NCBI GenBank assembly: GCA_964016885.1
Contig: OZ024759.1
Location: 34,224,001 to 34,288,000, forward strand
DNA length: 64,000 nucleotides
Source of the DNA: Eledone cirrhosa
Taxonomy: Eukaryota
Direction: 5' to 3'
Under the pieces are notes generated by a model. The model did not search any database. It was not told the DNA's origin and was given only the letters and a program-made list of their open reading frames with translations. Each line of letters starts with the position of its first letter. Within the stretch, counting starts at the first letter, position 1. Of the stretch, positions 26,964-42,564 are shown in pieces. A program made the position numbers and the translations under genes.

Positions 26964-27153
26964 ATTGTTTCTACTTTATGGCACAAGGCCAGCAAAACAT
27001 CCAGTGAATTACTGGTACTTTATTTTATCGACCCCGTAAGGATGAAAGGCAAAGTTAACCTCGGCGGGATTTGAACTCAGAATGGCAAGGGCCGTAACTT
27101 TTTGCGTCAAAGCATGGCGTCCGACCCTCTACCGATACTGCCAATCCACCGCC
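26964..27153 (-). mobile_element. Full-length SINE with 10-bp TSD (TTTGTATAAT)
   Basis: TSD at 26956-26965 and 27154-27163; A and B boxes on the minus strand. Confidence 0.9.
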
Positions 27154-27190
27154 TTTGTATAATGTAGTCATACGTTCCAATATCAAATCC

Positions 27191-27310
27191 AGCCTTGCCT
27201 TTCATCCTTACAGGGCCGATAAAATAAAGTACCAGTCACGCACTGGGATCGATTTAATCGACTTTCCCCTCTCTCTAAATTGTTGACCTTGTGCCTAATT
27301 CAGAAACCGT
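27191..27310 (+). mobile_element. 5'-truncated SINE (long-3' subfamily, as at 4881)
   Basis: GCCTTTCATCCTTAC...TAAAGTACCAGTCACGCACTGGGATCGATTTAATCGAC...CCTTGTGCC. Confidence 0.8.
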
Positions 27311-27332
27311 CATTATTTGTTTTATTTCCACT

Positions 27333-27524
27333 GGCAGTGGATTGGCAGTATCGGCAGAGGGTCGGACGCCATGCTTTGAAGCATAGAGTTACGTCCCTTT
27401 ATGATCTGAGTTCAAATCCCGCCGAGGTTAACTTTGCCTTTCATCCTTACGGGGCCGATAAAATAAAGTACCAGTAATGCACTGGATAACTTTGTGGCCT
27501 TGTGCCAAAAGTAGAAACAATTAT
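27333..27524 (+). mobile_element. Full-length tRNA-derived SINE (reference copy)
   Basis: A-box-like TGGCAGTATCGG and B-box GAGTTCAAATCC; imperfect TSD ATTATTTGTT.TATTTCC at 27312 and 27520. Confidence 0.9.
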
Positions 27525-27801
27525 TTGTTATATTTCCTTCACTCAAGTTCGTAGAAAAACAAGATAACATACAATAACAGACATTACACAGTGACATGAG
27601 CAAATTGCAAAGTAGTCAATGATGTTACGTAGAGTAGAGATTGATTATAGAAAGGGAGACAATTGACAGAGACTTCAGTGTACCAACTGATATCTCAGCT
27701 TCGTCATCTGAGGAAGCTGACACTAGAAGACACTTACAAGTCAAATTCACTTTTTGTTTTCATGTAATAACATATATTACATACATACACACATTCATGC
27801 A

Positions 27802-27851
<50 letters not shown>

Positions 27852-28113
27852 CACACATACACACATTCATACATGCATATATATACACACACACACACAC
27901 ATTCATGAATGCATACATATATATATAAATATATATATACATACACACACACATGTATAGATAGATATGTACAAATATGTATATCTATATACATATATAC
28001 ATATATATATATGTATATACCTATATATATATGTTCATACAATTATATATATATATATTATATATATATAAATTATATATATGAATATATCTCTCTATAT
28101 ATATATGTTTATG

Positions 28114-28152
<39 letters not shown>

Positions 28153-28292
28153 CTATATATGTATATATGTTCATATATGTATATATATGAATGTACATAT
28201 ATATACATATATGTATATGTATATATATGAACATATATGTATGTACATACATATATATACATATATGAACATATATACATATATAGATATAC

Positions 28293-28360
<68 letters not shown>

Positions 28361-28399
28361 CATATATATACATATATATGTATATACATATATATGCTC

Positions 28400-28460
<61 letters not shown>

Positions 28461-29424
28461 TATATATAGGCTCATATATATATACACATATATATAGGCT
28501 CATATATATATACACATATATATATATGCAGATATATATATGTTCATATATGTATACATATATATAATTATATATATATAGATATGTATATATATATATG
28601 TGTATATATATATATACATATATATATATATACATACACCTATACATATTATACATATACGGCAGTACAATCACAGAGAGAAGCAACCATGTAAATACAG
28701 GTACATATTCACACATTGATGAGCGATGTTTAAAATGGCGACATAAGTAAGCATACTCCAAGAAATTCTGTAGACTAGCTGTCAACGCTTTCCATGGACG
28801 GATTAAAGTACTTTTAGCATTTTCCTCCTATGTTTGCTTCATCATCTTAAGATCTGAAGACTCGAGTATGTATATATATGCTCCTACACTATATATATCA
28901 GTACGCTTGTGTAATGTGTATATATTTTCTGTATATTTCGTTCGTTTCTTCTTACGTTTGATAAAGAAGAAAAAACCGTACGGATTATCAGCTTTGTAGA
29001 AATTTTACATATTTTGCATATTTTTTATATATTTTTTATATGGTTTTATTTTGTTATTTGTCTGTTTTTTGCTGTTATTTTTTTTCGGTGTTTTGGTAGT
29101 TCTATTTCGTTAAAAAATACATACGGTATACTGACTTTCCAATTGGAGAAATATCTTGTTTGTAACGTAAAATATATACATAGCGTAGTTATGGTCGCAG
29201 AAGATGTTTTCTAAACTCCAGTTAGATATAAATATATTTAATCCTGTATATAAGTCAAAAGGGATTTCTTGCATCTTACTTATCTTCTAGAGGGTAATCA
29301 ATGAGTATATGTTTGTTCGTCATACACCACAACTCTTTTGAAATATCCTTCATATTACAGTACTTTGTGATATATTTGTTGTTATAGATTAATATATATA
29401 TGTATATATATATATATACACGTA

Positions 29425-29500
<76 letters not shown>

Positions 29501-29558
29501 CATATAAATATACATATGTATATATACATGTATATATGTATATATATGTATATATACA

Positions 29559-30268
29559 TGGTGGCTGCCAACTCGTTTTCGAGTACGGCCACTACTTTAT
29601 ATCCATGTAGGAGAACTCCTACCGATGGGCTGAACGAGTGTGACTTTTTAGTCCAGCCAGCGACTTGAAAACTCTGGTACAAACACTACACTTGTGACAA
29701 TTATTGACCCATAGTGCTGGGCCGATGGTACCATGTGACAAGTGTAGAGAGATCTCCTGATATAAAGCAATGCCTGTGCCGTGAAGCTTTTATAGTGAGC
29801 AAAGGCACTGGACAAAGCCAGTCCCACTCTCTTAACCAAGATGATATTTACCAAAAAGAACAACAAGTCAACATCATTGGATACCATCAGGGTTGCAGGT
29901 GTATCATATATACATTCATACATACATACATATATATATATAATGGTATCCAATGATGTTGACTTGTTGTTCTTTTTGGTAAATATCATCTTGGTTAAGA
30001 GAGTGGGACTGGCATTGTGCCGTGCCTTTGCTCACTATAACAGCTTCACGACACAGGCATTGCTTTATATCTGGAGATCTCTCTGCACTTGTCGTCACAT
30101 CGTACCATGGGCCCAGCACTATGTGTCAATAATTGTCACAAGTGTAGTGTTTGTACCAGAGTTTTCAAGTCGCTGGCTGGACTAAAAAGTCACACTTGTT
30201 CAGCGCATCGGTAGTGGTTCTCCTACATGGATATAAAGTAGTGGCCGTACTCGAGTTGGCAGCCACCA
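29559..30268. mobile_element. Long inverted repeat (arms 29559-29887 / 29943-30268) in (TA)n, possibly a decayed PLE GIY-YIG segment
   Basis: ~330-bp arms with scattered mismatches. One frame reads CLCREAVIVSK...HSLNQDD, resembling the REA..I...LN.D end of PLE endonucleases. Confidence 0.7.
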
Positions 30269-30278
30269 AGTATGTATG

Positions 30279-30398
<120 letters not shown>

Positions 30399-30813
30399 AA
30401 TGTAGATATGTAGACAGACATATAGATAGATACTCACACATCCTTACATCTTCTCCGTTGTAATCATCCTCTTGACCTTAAGCTATATTCTTCGTCAGAA
30501 AAAGTATGGAAGTATCCAGTCATCACAGAAAGCTCTCCAAAGCCACCAGCGCATTCTGAACTTTTAACCTACTTCGATACATGTCTTCACGCTAAGTAGC
30601 TATGACGTAATTAGTTATGTCATAACTTCCATCTAGAGAAGATTTCATTACAAGATTTTTTTATGTTCGTGTCTATAAATGTTTGTATTGTTTTGTTTCG
30701 TGACGTCGTTCATATGATGACGTAATATACATTATTATATATGTGTATGTGTATATATATATATATATATGTATGCATATATATATATGTATGCATATAT
30801 ATATGTTTCTTTT

Positions 30814-30877
<64 letters not shown>

Positions 30878-31142
30878 TCTGTCACTCTTTTAATCTCGTT
30901 CTACTCTCGCTATCAACATGTATCTGCCTATCTCTCTCTCTCGGTCCATCTCTCTCAGTTTGTTTATATCATCATCCTCTGTCCATCTGTCTACCTTTCT
31001 ATCTTTTAAGCTCTATATCTCCCTCACAATCTCTTTCTCACTATAAGATCTCTCTCTCTCTCTTTATCTATCTATCTATCTATCTATCTCACACACACCC
31101 TGTCTCTCTTTCTCTCCCCTTTTATTACACACTCACTCCCAT

Positions 31143-31657
31143 CTTCTACTTTTGGCACAAGGCCAGCAATTCTCCCAGTGTATTACTGGTGCTTTATTTT
31201 ATCGACTACGTAAGAATGAAGGCAAAGTTAACCTCGCGGGATTTGAACTTTGACCATAAAGGGCCGTAACTCTTTGCTGCAAAACATGGCGTCCGACCCT
31301 CTACCGATACTGAATAATTGTTTCTACAGTTGGCACAAGGCCAGCAATTACCCAGTGTATTACTGCTACTTTATTTCATCGACTTCATAAAGATGAAAGG
31401 TAAAGTTAACCTCGTGGGATTTGAATTCAGAATGGCAAGAACCATAGCTCTATACGTCAAAGCATGGCGTACGACCCCCTACCGATACTGCCATGACAGA
31501 TAATTTTAACTTCGAAGCAGTTTGAACTGAACACATTATTTCTCACAAAAATCCCACCGAGGTTGACTTTGCCTTTCATCCTTACGGGGTCGATAAAATA
31601 AAGTACCAATAATGCACTGGGTAATTGCTAGCCTTGTGCCAAAAGTAGAAACAAGTA
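31143..31657. mobile_element. Three SINE copies (- 31143-31312; - 31315-31495; + 31545-31657)
   Basis: Conserved family motifs. Confidence 0.88.
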
Positions 31658-32220
31658 TTTCACAAAAATACACGACAACATCAATATATAATATACAATA
31701 CAGCAAATATAATAGCGACTGCCGCTCTACCGATTCTGCTAATGCAGCAATACTAGAGGACTTTATTGTATACACACATCATGATATATGATTCAATTAA
31801 ACAGTAATAATATATGGAAGACTGGTTGATTTGAAATGTGTAAATAAACGATGCAGAAAGTAAATAAATCAACAAAGCGGAGTTTATTAATTGAATAAAA
31901 ACAAGAGAATAAGTTATGTATTTTGAAATTACGTAACCATCTTCCAATATAGTTTAGAATGAGATGTAGAATTCTGAAATCTTAATTAGTGATTGCTTCT
32001 TCTTAACACACTAATAGCAACATGTCTGGAGAAATTGTAATATATGTTGGGTTCGGGTTTGGGTCTGTATGTACGTTTGTACGTACATTTGGGTTTATAT
32101 GTGTATGTAACATTACAATATATATACATGTATGTTTCTATAAATGTATGTATCTATATATGAATATATATATTTATAATATATATATTTATATATATAT
32201 AAATATATTTATATATAAAT

Positions 32221-32257
<37 letters not shown>

Positions 32258-32422
32258 ATATATATACAGTATATATAAATATATATATATAAATGTCCGT
32301 ATAAATATATATATATATAAATATATATACAGTATATATAAATATATATATAAATGTCTGTATAAATATATATGTATGTAAATATATATATGAATATAAT
32401 ATTTACATATACATATTATGTA

Positions 32423-32461
<39 letters not shown>

Positions 32462-32487
32462 AGATATATACACATATTATGTCTGTA

Positions 32488-32537
<50 letters not shown>

Positions 32538-33144
32538 TATATATACATATCTGTGTATGTTCATCTCTGTGTGTGTGTATGTGTGTGTGTTTAAGAGCGT
32601 CGATGTGTGTATATATATATATATCCAAATATATATACAATATTTTTGTATGTACAAGTATGTATATAAGTACATACTTATGAGTGTGCGTGTGTGTGTA
32701 TGTTTAAGAGTGTCGATGTGTATATATACACGTATATATATTTACACATTGGTGAGACAGACAGAGAGATAAGAGGAGAGAGGAGATCAGAAATAGAAAG
32801 AGATTTACTACATGGGCAGACATTCACAGAAACGAATTCCGACATTTATAGCGTTTGAATTATGTCGACACGTAAATATCAGCCACCATTTTGGAAAGTT
32901 CTGAAGATTGTGTGTGTGTATGTATGTGGGTGTATGTGTGTGAGTGTATGTATCTATGTGTGTGTGTGTGTATGTATGTCTGTGCGTGTCTGTATGTGTG
33001 TATGTGTTTCATTAAATTCAAGCTCATGCAGCAGTATCAAAGATCACTTCCCATTCGTAATGTCGACGGTAGCCATGTTATATATCAATGTTTTACCTAA
33101 TGAACAGATATATATTACAGAATATATTAGGTAACGAACACTTT

Positions 33145-33196
<52 letters not shown>

Positions 33197-33401
33197 TTCT
33201 CTCTCTCTGTATATATATATATATGTGTCTTCATATACTAAGCATATCTGACGACCTTTCGATTACAGAGTACAGAGTTAGGTTCGATCCATAATAGGTC
33301 GTGCCTCGATCTGATCAATAGGGAATATTTATGTTGCATCATAACATTAAATATATTATGATGCAACACTGATTCTTTGTTTGTTATCCTTATAGTATGT
33401 T

Positions 33402-33446
<45 letters not shown>

Positions 33447-33619
33447 CGAAACATCTATGATCTGCGGTTAACAGCTGACGAAGGATTTCTTCTCTTGTTT
33501 CGTCCATATTACTATCTTAAACTTTGTTTACAGTAGCCCCACAGCTCGCTTCATTTCTTGTCATTTTGTATATATATGTATATATATATATATATATAAG
33601 AGAGAGAGAGAGAGAGAAG

Positions 33620-33655
<36 letters not shown>

Positions 33656-33753
33656 TCAGCAAAGCAAGCTGGCTATCTCGTGTGGTTCTTTAGAAAAGTG
33701 CTCAGCAGAGAGCTTACTCGCTTCACTATATTCTACGAAACTGGAAAATAATG

Positions 33754-33831
<78 letters not shown>

Positions 33832-33835
<4 letters not shown>

Positions 33836-34059
33836 GGGTTAAATTCCCGAGATCCATGGACGAGTTCTCTCCAGCGGTCCCTGTCCCTCATTATCGCTGC
33901 CAGGTCCTGGGTCTTCAAGAGACCAGTGTCTGTCCTTAGGGCATTGACATATATTAACCCGATGCAGGGGCTTCCACAGGAGCACTGAGTGCAGTTTCAA
34001 CTCTGGATGTCGCTGAGCATGTCCAGCTAACCTCAGTCTCCTCCATGTCACTTTTGAAA
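33832..34059 (-). pseudogene. RTE-clade LINE 3' fragment
   Basis: RRLRLAGHAQRHPEL...LLWKP, and in a shifted frame DLAAIMRDRDRWRELV; flanked on both sides by (CA)n(TA)n. Confidence 0.8.
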
Positions 34060-34060
34060 T

Positions 34061-34134
<74 letters not shown>

Positions 34135-34359
34135 GGTAAACACAAATAAGAGCACAATCGGTACATCCTCCTATATATTCCGTAGAGTGCATGTATGTTT
34201 AGATATGACGTAATTGAATAATTTCTGTGTTGTTTAATCTAGGTGTAGCCACTATTTCTCCCGCAGAACACTTCTCAAGCGAGAATACAAGAGAATCTGA
34301 TAGAAAAATGTGTAAGAAAGGTGAGAAAGTCCTAGAGAGGAAATATAAACATTAGCTCT

Positions 34360-34505
34360 GCCCTGGTATATTTTATCAACGTCTAAAAGAATAAAAAGGT
34401 GCACAAGTTCACAGCAGGATTTGAACTCACAGTGTAGAGAACAGCAACAAATAAAAGCAAACACTTTATCGACCGTTCTAATAACTCTGCCAAACTTCTC
34501 CACCC
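34360..34505 (-). mobile_element. Degenerate SINE
   Basis: CTGGTATATTTTATCAAC...CAGGATTTGAACTCA...CTCTGCCAA. Confidence 0.55.
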
Positions 34506-34862
34506 CTCCGTATTTACATACATTGAGAAACCCATAATTATTCGCTCATAATGAAATACTTAAACAATAACAAACATTAAACTGAAAAAAATTATAATAT
34601 ATACTAATGACTAAAACATGTTTACGTAAATTATTTTTTTTTTAATGAGAATAAAACAAAACAAATCCTCAAAATATTCCAATTTACAATTTATTATATA
34701 GATTAAATATTAACAGTTGTAAATATAACGACAGCAACAACAACAATGGCGACTGTGAAATATTTGTCATTATTTGGAGGTCTTGAGGGGGTGGGGATAA
34801 ACATTTATTTGATTCATTAGTAGGATGTTGTTGTTCTTGTTGGTGGTGGTTTTGTATTATTG

Positions 34863-34893
<31 letters not shown>

Positions 34894-35374
34894 ATATTTG
34901 TTGTTGTTGGTGGTGGTGGTGGTGTTATATTTGTTTTTGTTTTTTGGTAATGTTGTTGTTTTCCAAAATGGCTGCCATTCTGGAGATAATGATAATAATA
35001 ATAATAGAAAGAAGGTGTTAAAAGAAAAGAAGGGAAGGAGGAGGTAGAAAAGAAGTAGAATGAATAGGAGGAGGAGGGAGATAAGGATGATAATGATAGA
35101 GGAGGAGGAGGATGAGAAGAAAAAGAAGAAAAGAGTATGCGGAAGAGAAAAACGAGTAGGTAGAAGAGGAAGAGAAGATGAAAAATAAGAAGGAAGAGGA
35201 GGAGATGAAGAATAAAATGAAGAAGGAGAACAACAAGAATAAAAAGAACAACAAGTAGTAATAATACTTTCTTTATAACAATGATGAATTTTGCGAAGAT
35301 GATTTAAAGTCGTCCATTACTAACAGCCTGTCAGTATAGGTTTGAGCGGCATGTATTATATTTCAATTTCCTTA

Positions 35375-35405
<31 letters not shown>

Positions 35406-35477
35406 GTGTGTGTGTGTGTATATGCGTGTGTGTATATGTATATATATATATATATATACATATACACACACGCATAT

Positions 35478-35529
<52 letters not shown>

Positions 35530-35657
35530 GTGTGTGTGTCTGTGTATGTGTGAGTATGTATAGACATATATAATAAGTGTTATGTTTTTTTAATAATGTA
35601 GGTATATATGTGTGGATACAGATTCCTACCACCACCACCACCACCCCCCTCTATATA

Positions 35658-35708
<51 letters not shown>

Positions 35709-35732
35709 TATATATATCTATATAAGTTTACA

Positions 35733-35786
<54 letters not shown>

Positions 35787-36123
35787 ATATCTATGTATGT
35801 TATTTCCGTTTAAATATTTAACTACCTTCATTATCATTCCCAGTGTTAATTTATTGTTGTATATTTTTGTTTCATAATAATAGAAAATGTAATTTAAATA
35901 ATTAGAAACAGAAAATTACGTGAATAAAGTTTTCAGAAATGAAATACTTTAGTGGTGCGGCGGAGATGTGGCGATGAGGTGATAGGGGGTGACGGGGTGG
36001 CGTAGGGATGGAGTGAGGAGGGGGTGGTAATCAATGAATGTCATGCATTGGTTGAATTAAGTCAACCGAATGGATTACATCTTTAGCGACTTGGATAAAA
36101 AACATATATATATATATATATAC

Positions 36124-36216
<93 letters not shown>

Positions 36217-36294
36217 TCTATATACATATATCTATATATATATATATACATATATCTATATACATATATCTATATATATATATATACATATATC

Positions 36295-36757
<463 letters not shown>

Positions 36758-36778
36758 TTTATATATATATATTTATAG

Positions 36779-37136
36779 AAATTACATGAATCAAAGTTCT
36801 GTTTAAATCATTTATTTGCTTACAATTGTTTCTTCCAAACCGAAGTTTGGTGTCTTCGGAGCAATTATTCAGTGATTTTTTACATACTTGACCCCCTTTC
36901 CAACACAAGAGACACGTAGAAACATATGTATATATTGACCCACAGTTGGTTGACATCCATTATAATAATATGTGGGTCAATATACACATATGTTTCTATA
37001 TGTCTCTTGTGTTGGAAAGGAGGTCAAGTATATAAAAAATCACTCAATAATTGCTCCGAAGACTCCAAACCTCGGTTTGGAAGAAACAATTGTAAGCAAA
37101 TAAATGATTTAAACAGAACTTTGATTCATGTAATTT
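36779..37136. mobile_element. Hairpin element (arms 36779-36944 / 36971-37136) with a hammerhead in each arm
   Basis: ~165-bp inverted arms with few mismatches, bounded by TA runs. Confidence 0.8.
37051..37099 (+). ncRNA. Minimal type I hammerhead motif (U4C core); mirror copy at 36816-36864 (-)
   Basis: TTGCT-CCGAAGA-C-TCCAAAC(CTCG)GTTTGGA-A-GAAA-CAATTG-TA-AGCAA. Confidence 0.7.
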
Positions 37137-37298
37137 ATATATAATTGCTCTGTAGAACAACTGATGTTATTACATTGAGCTATTTATCTTACTGGTAATA
37201 AGATAGTAATATATTACTGTCTTTCACTATTTAGGGTTTAAAATATATATAACTATAAAAGGTTTTAGTATATACATAACCATAAATAGTATCCTTAA

Positions 37299-37332
<34 letters not shown>

Positions 37333-37339
37333 TTAAGGA

Positions 37340-37395
<56 letters not shown>

Positions 37396-37592
37396 TGTGT
37401 ATATATGAAGTAGCTAGGTAAATATCTGTGTATATATTATGTGTGTGTATATATATATATCTATATATCTCTCTTTCTCTCTATATATATATATTTATGT
37501 ATGTAAAAGGTAAACATAAATAACAACAAAATCGATACAGTATATATATATATATTATATTCCACTATAGATTCCACTCTTCTACTATTCCA

Positions 37593-38278
37593 CCATGTCG
37601 TCATGTCAGTGTGTCATCCTGTCACCCTGTCATCCTGTCACCCTGTCACCATGTCACCATGTCATCATGTCAGTCTGTCATGCTGTCACCCTGTCATCCT
37701 GTCACTTATGTCACCCTGTCACCATGTCACCATGTGATCATGTCAGTCTGCCATGCTGTCACCATGTCATCCTGTCACCATGTCACCATGTCACCATGTC
37801 ATCATGTCAGTCTGCCATGCTGTTACCATGTCATCCTGTCACCATGTCACCATGTCACCCTGTTACACTGTCACTATGTCACCCTTTCACCATGTCACCC
37901 TGTCACTTTGTCACCCTGTCATCCTGTCACCATGTCACCATGTCACTCTGTCACCATATCACCCTGTCATCCTGTCAAACATGTCACCATGTCACCATGT
38001 CACCCTGTTACACTGTCACCCTTTCACCATGTCACCCTGTCACTTTGTCACTCTGTCACCCTTTCACCATGTCACCATGTCACCCTGTTACCATGTCACT
38101 CTGTCACCCTTTCACCATGTCAGCCGGTCACCCTGTCAGTCTGTCACCCTGTCACCCTGTCACTTTGTCACTCTGTCACCCTTTCACGATGACACCATGT
38201 CACCCTGCCAGTCTGTCACCCTGTCATCCTGTCACCCTGTCATCCTGTCATCCTGTCACCATGTCATCCTGTCAGCCC
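37593..38278. repeat. 8-bp minisatellite (TGTCACCA / TGTCACCC / TGTCATCC variants)
   Basis: Directly visible; explains three overlapping Cys/His-rich ORFs. Confidence 0.93.
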
Positions 38279-38459
38279 CTCACTCTGCCACCCCGCCACG
38301 TAACCGCCTTGCTACCCTACCCCACAGCCAGTCTCATCACTACCTCGTCACTCGAATACACGAGTACTTCACATCACACTATTCTCTCACATATCCCCTC
38401 CATCTTCTTGATGTATATCATAAGATATATTGATAATATTAATGATGCCAAACACTCTT

Positions 38460-38492
<33 letters not shown>

Positions 38493-39172
38493 ATGTACAC
38501 AGTCATCCCTCTCTCGCATGTTATTTATCTATATATATATATATATATATATCACTGGCTCCAGTTCCATATACAACTCTATACAACTCTATACAACTCC
38601 GCCAATCCGGGCCAGTAGGCAGTAACATCATACATTACAAATTCAATAGCAACAATCACAACAACCACAACAACAACTGTCTTCTGTATGGATGATCAAT
38701 AACAAGCGCGGCAACTCTACTTTATAAGCATATCTCTCGTCAAGCTGCCTCTGATAAAAATGTCGTCCTGCCATATTTGACAAGACTGTCCCCCCACCCC
38801 CACCTCCCGCCCCAACCAAAACACCACACAGCAAGTTTTTCATCCATTCATTTATTTTTCATTTCCCAAACACTTTCATTCAATATGACATTTACCGTAT
38901 ACGATATCGTCCGTGCCCTATCATCCTCTCTATGTTTCTTTATCATTTTCTTTCATTCCTTCATTTCCTCCTTCTTTTCTTCTTACCTTCCTTCAATCTT
39001 TCCTTATTTGCTTCTTCCTTTCTGTCTTTCTTTACATCGGCTTCAGTTTGATAACTTTAAGATGCGTCAACTTCTCCCAATGCAAATATATATTGCACGG
39101 TTATGTAGACATACATCTTATCCAAATCCTTCTCCTATCTAGCATTTCAAATTCCTTGGCATATGATATAAA

Positions 39173-39220
<48 letters not shown>

Positions 39221-39248
39221 GTTTATAAATATACGCATATATATATGA

Positions 39249-39292
<44 letters not shown>

Positions 39293-39347
39293 GTTTATAA
39301 ATATACGCATATTATATGAATATATATATATATACATATATATTTAT

Positions 39348-39383
<36 letters not shown>

Positions 39384-39413
39384 AATGTTTCTAAATATAC
39401 GCATATTATATGA

Positions 39414-39469
<56 letters not shown>

Positions 39470-39560
39470 GTTTATAAATATACGCATATTATATTAATAT
39501 ATATACATATATATTTTTATACATATATATATATTTATAAATATACGCATATATATGTGA

Positions 39561-39595
<35 letters not shown>

Positions 39596-39604
39596 CATAT
39601 ATAC

Positions 39605-39649
<45 letters not shown>

Positions 39650-39773
39650 AATATATTCACATATATATGCGTATATTTATAAATATATGTATATATATGT
39701 ATAAAAATATATATGTATGCATGTTTATAAACATACGCATATATATATATATATGTGTGTTTATAAATATACG

Positions 39774-39806
<33 letters not shown>

Positions 39807-39845
39807 TTATAAATATACGCATATATATATATATATATGAATATT

Positions 39846-39887
<42 letters not shown>

Positions 39888-40344
39888 TATGGGGGGGGGT
39901 GTATTCATACCTATTTGCATATATATATATAGAGAGAGACAGGGGAAAGAAAGAAAGTTATTAAAATATATGATTCCCAGAATTGACTCCTCGATCAATA
40001 AGCAAGTGTTTTTACATCACTTTAACATTCCACGTATGGAGTCACAAGTTATACAACTTTTAAGAGCAGATAGAGACTAAATATATTTTCCCTAACTATT
40101 GCAGTTGTAGATATAGAAGATACCTACTACTTTAGAAAATAAGTGTTTAGTTCTTGTTTATGTAAACATTGCGAAATCAGAACATACATAACAACACAGA
40201 GACAAACACACATATACACAAACACACATACGCACATACATACACATGCACACACACTCACACACGTATATATATATATACATACTCACATAGAAAAGTC
40301 GTTAGAATGTTTGGGTCTGAAAAGATTTCCAAGGAATAGCTAGG

Positions 40345-40598
40345 TAGATGCTAACAATCTTTTTCAGAAGAAGATGGAAATTGGTGGAGCATGTTCTCAG
40401 AAGAGAGCAAGATGGTATCCCAAGGACAGCTTTTCACTGGACATCAGAAGCCAAGCTGAAGCAAGGGAGGTCGTCCAAGGGACACTTCGTGCAGATTAGT
40501 TCAGGGAGAGATGAAAACCTGGCAACACACATAGGGTATCATCAAGAAGCTGGTGCAGAACAGATAGGAGCTGAAGTTCTTCGTTGCTGCCCCCTAGC
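40345..40598 (+). pseudogene. RTE-clade LINE 3' fragment
   Basis: RRRWKLVEHVLRREQDGIPRTAFHWTSEAKLKQGR, matching RRW.W.GHVLR...ALHWTP.GKR..GRP; later IKKLVQNR...FVAAP in a shifted frame. Confidence 0.8.
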
Positions 40599-41203
40599 AT
40601 GTAGCGTGCGAAGGGTTGTGTTCAAGGCCAGTGGCGCCCTTTGATCTTGAGCAAGACACTTCAGTTACCGAATGGTCAGATAATTCAGTTGGCAACAATC
40701 TGTGGTACCTATGACACGCTGAATATTCGGTAGTTATAGACATATCGTTTGTGGAATACTCTGTCACTTGCAGATTAATTCGACGAGACGGTAATTCTAA
40801 CGGTGGGACAACTGGTAAAAGAGTCTTCGATAGTGACGGAGGACCAATATACACCAGAATAAACCAATTATTCTTCAGCCATACTTGTTGAATGAGAAAC
40901 ACGTCAGTGAGATATGAAGTTTGTCATATCAGTGAAAATGTTGACATTTTAAACTTGACACTACATAATACAGAAAAATATATATAATATACATCACTAT
41001 GATATACATATGCTATATAAGTCTGAGTATATTGTCGTTGTTTGTGTATTTTGACTGGAGATTTTTCTATTATATTATATCATATAATATCGACTAACTA
41101 ACGTCCTGCTGCTTATATTTATTTTATGCATTTTTTTGGTATGTATAACTGTTGAAAATGTTTACACACACACTGACGCACTGATACAAATATACACACC
41201 TGG

Positions 41204-41322
<119 letters not shown>

Positions 41323-41423
41323 TATTGGTATATGCATGCAGTTTTATGTGTATGTCTATGTCAAGCATTATCACTATGTATATATAGGGAGAGAGGTGTG
41401 TGTGTGTGAAGGCAGGGTGTATG

Positions 41424-41457
<34 letters not shown>

Positions 41458-41803
41458 TGTGTTTAAAGGTGTATGCATATAGATATATTGATATATGCAT
41501 GCAGTTTTGTCACTATGTAAGTGTTTTTGTAGGTATGCTAATGTATGTAATATATACTGCTGCATTATTATATATATTAGTGTATGGATAGATGTATATG
41601 TCTTTCTGTATGTGTGTGTGTGTGCGTGTGTATGTGCATGTATGTGTGTGTGTGTTTGTGTGTTGAATTATGCATAAAGTATCATAACATATGATGTAAT
41701 AAGTAAGGTATATTTTCATTTGTTCCCTCTGCGAAACCATACATATATATGCATATATACACATATACACACACACACACATATATATATATAAATACAT
41801 AAG

Positions 41804-41857
<54 letters not shown>

Positions 41858-42048
41858 GTGTGCGCATTTATATAAATGTACATATACGTACATTATATAT
41901 ATATATAATATATATATGTATATAAATACATAAGTATTTATATATATATATATAGAGAGAGAGAGATATATGTATATAAATACATAAGTATTTATATATA
42001 TATATGTATATATATGTGTGTGTATTTATATAAATGTATATACACGCA

Positions 42049-42126
<78 letters not shown>

Positions 42127-42487
42127 CAACTTTTCCCAGTTAATCGCTATCCATCTTAGACCATCTGCAGACAAAGCGAATAAAGTAAAGCAAAAACATA
42201 AACCACGGATTCACAGTCACGAAGTATCTATTTTATTTCTGTTTACATGACATCTTGTCTTCAGTAATATATCTGAACATTTCTGACGGATTAATTTCCG
42301 TCAGTTTTCAGTAATATGAGCCGAGGTTTCGAATCTAACGGCTGTAATTGGAAGCTGCATAAAGTTCACTTGTTTGTTTTTAGAAGATATAAAACCTTTA
42401 ACGAGAATGATCCTCAGAATCTAAGATTATCAAACACAGATCTGATTTCTGTCGTCATTGGAAACGACACTCAATCGATTTTTGTAA

Positions 42488-42564
<77 letters not shown>

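Noticed and set aside
33443-33506. CTGACGA and GAAAC with GACGAAACA/TGTTTCGTC inverted repeat, a possible type II hammerhead
   Set aside because: Stem II and the cleavage triplet cannot be placed consistently.
37595-38695. Cys/His-rich ORFs suggestive of a metal-binding protein
   Set aside because: An 8-bp minisatellite gives the same peptide pattern in all three frames.
42266-42318. Minus-strand CTGAAAA-C-TGACGGA(AATTAA)TCCGTCA-GAAA-TGTTC hammerhead-like motif
   Set aside because: C3/A8 mismatch, weak stem I, no palindromic stem III and no second copy in the window; could be a decayed member but is not supportable.
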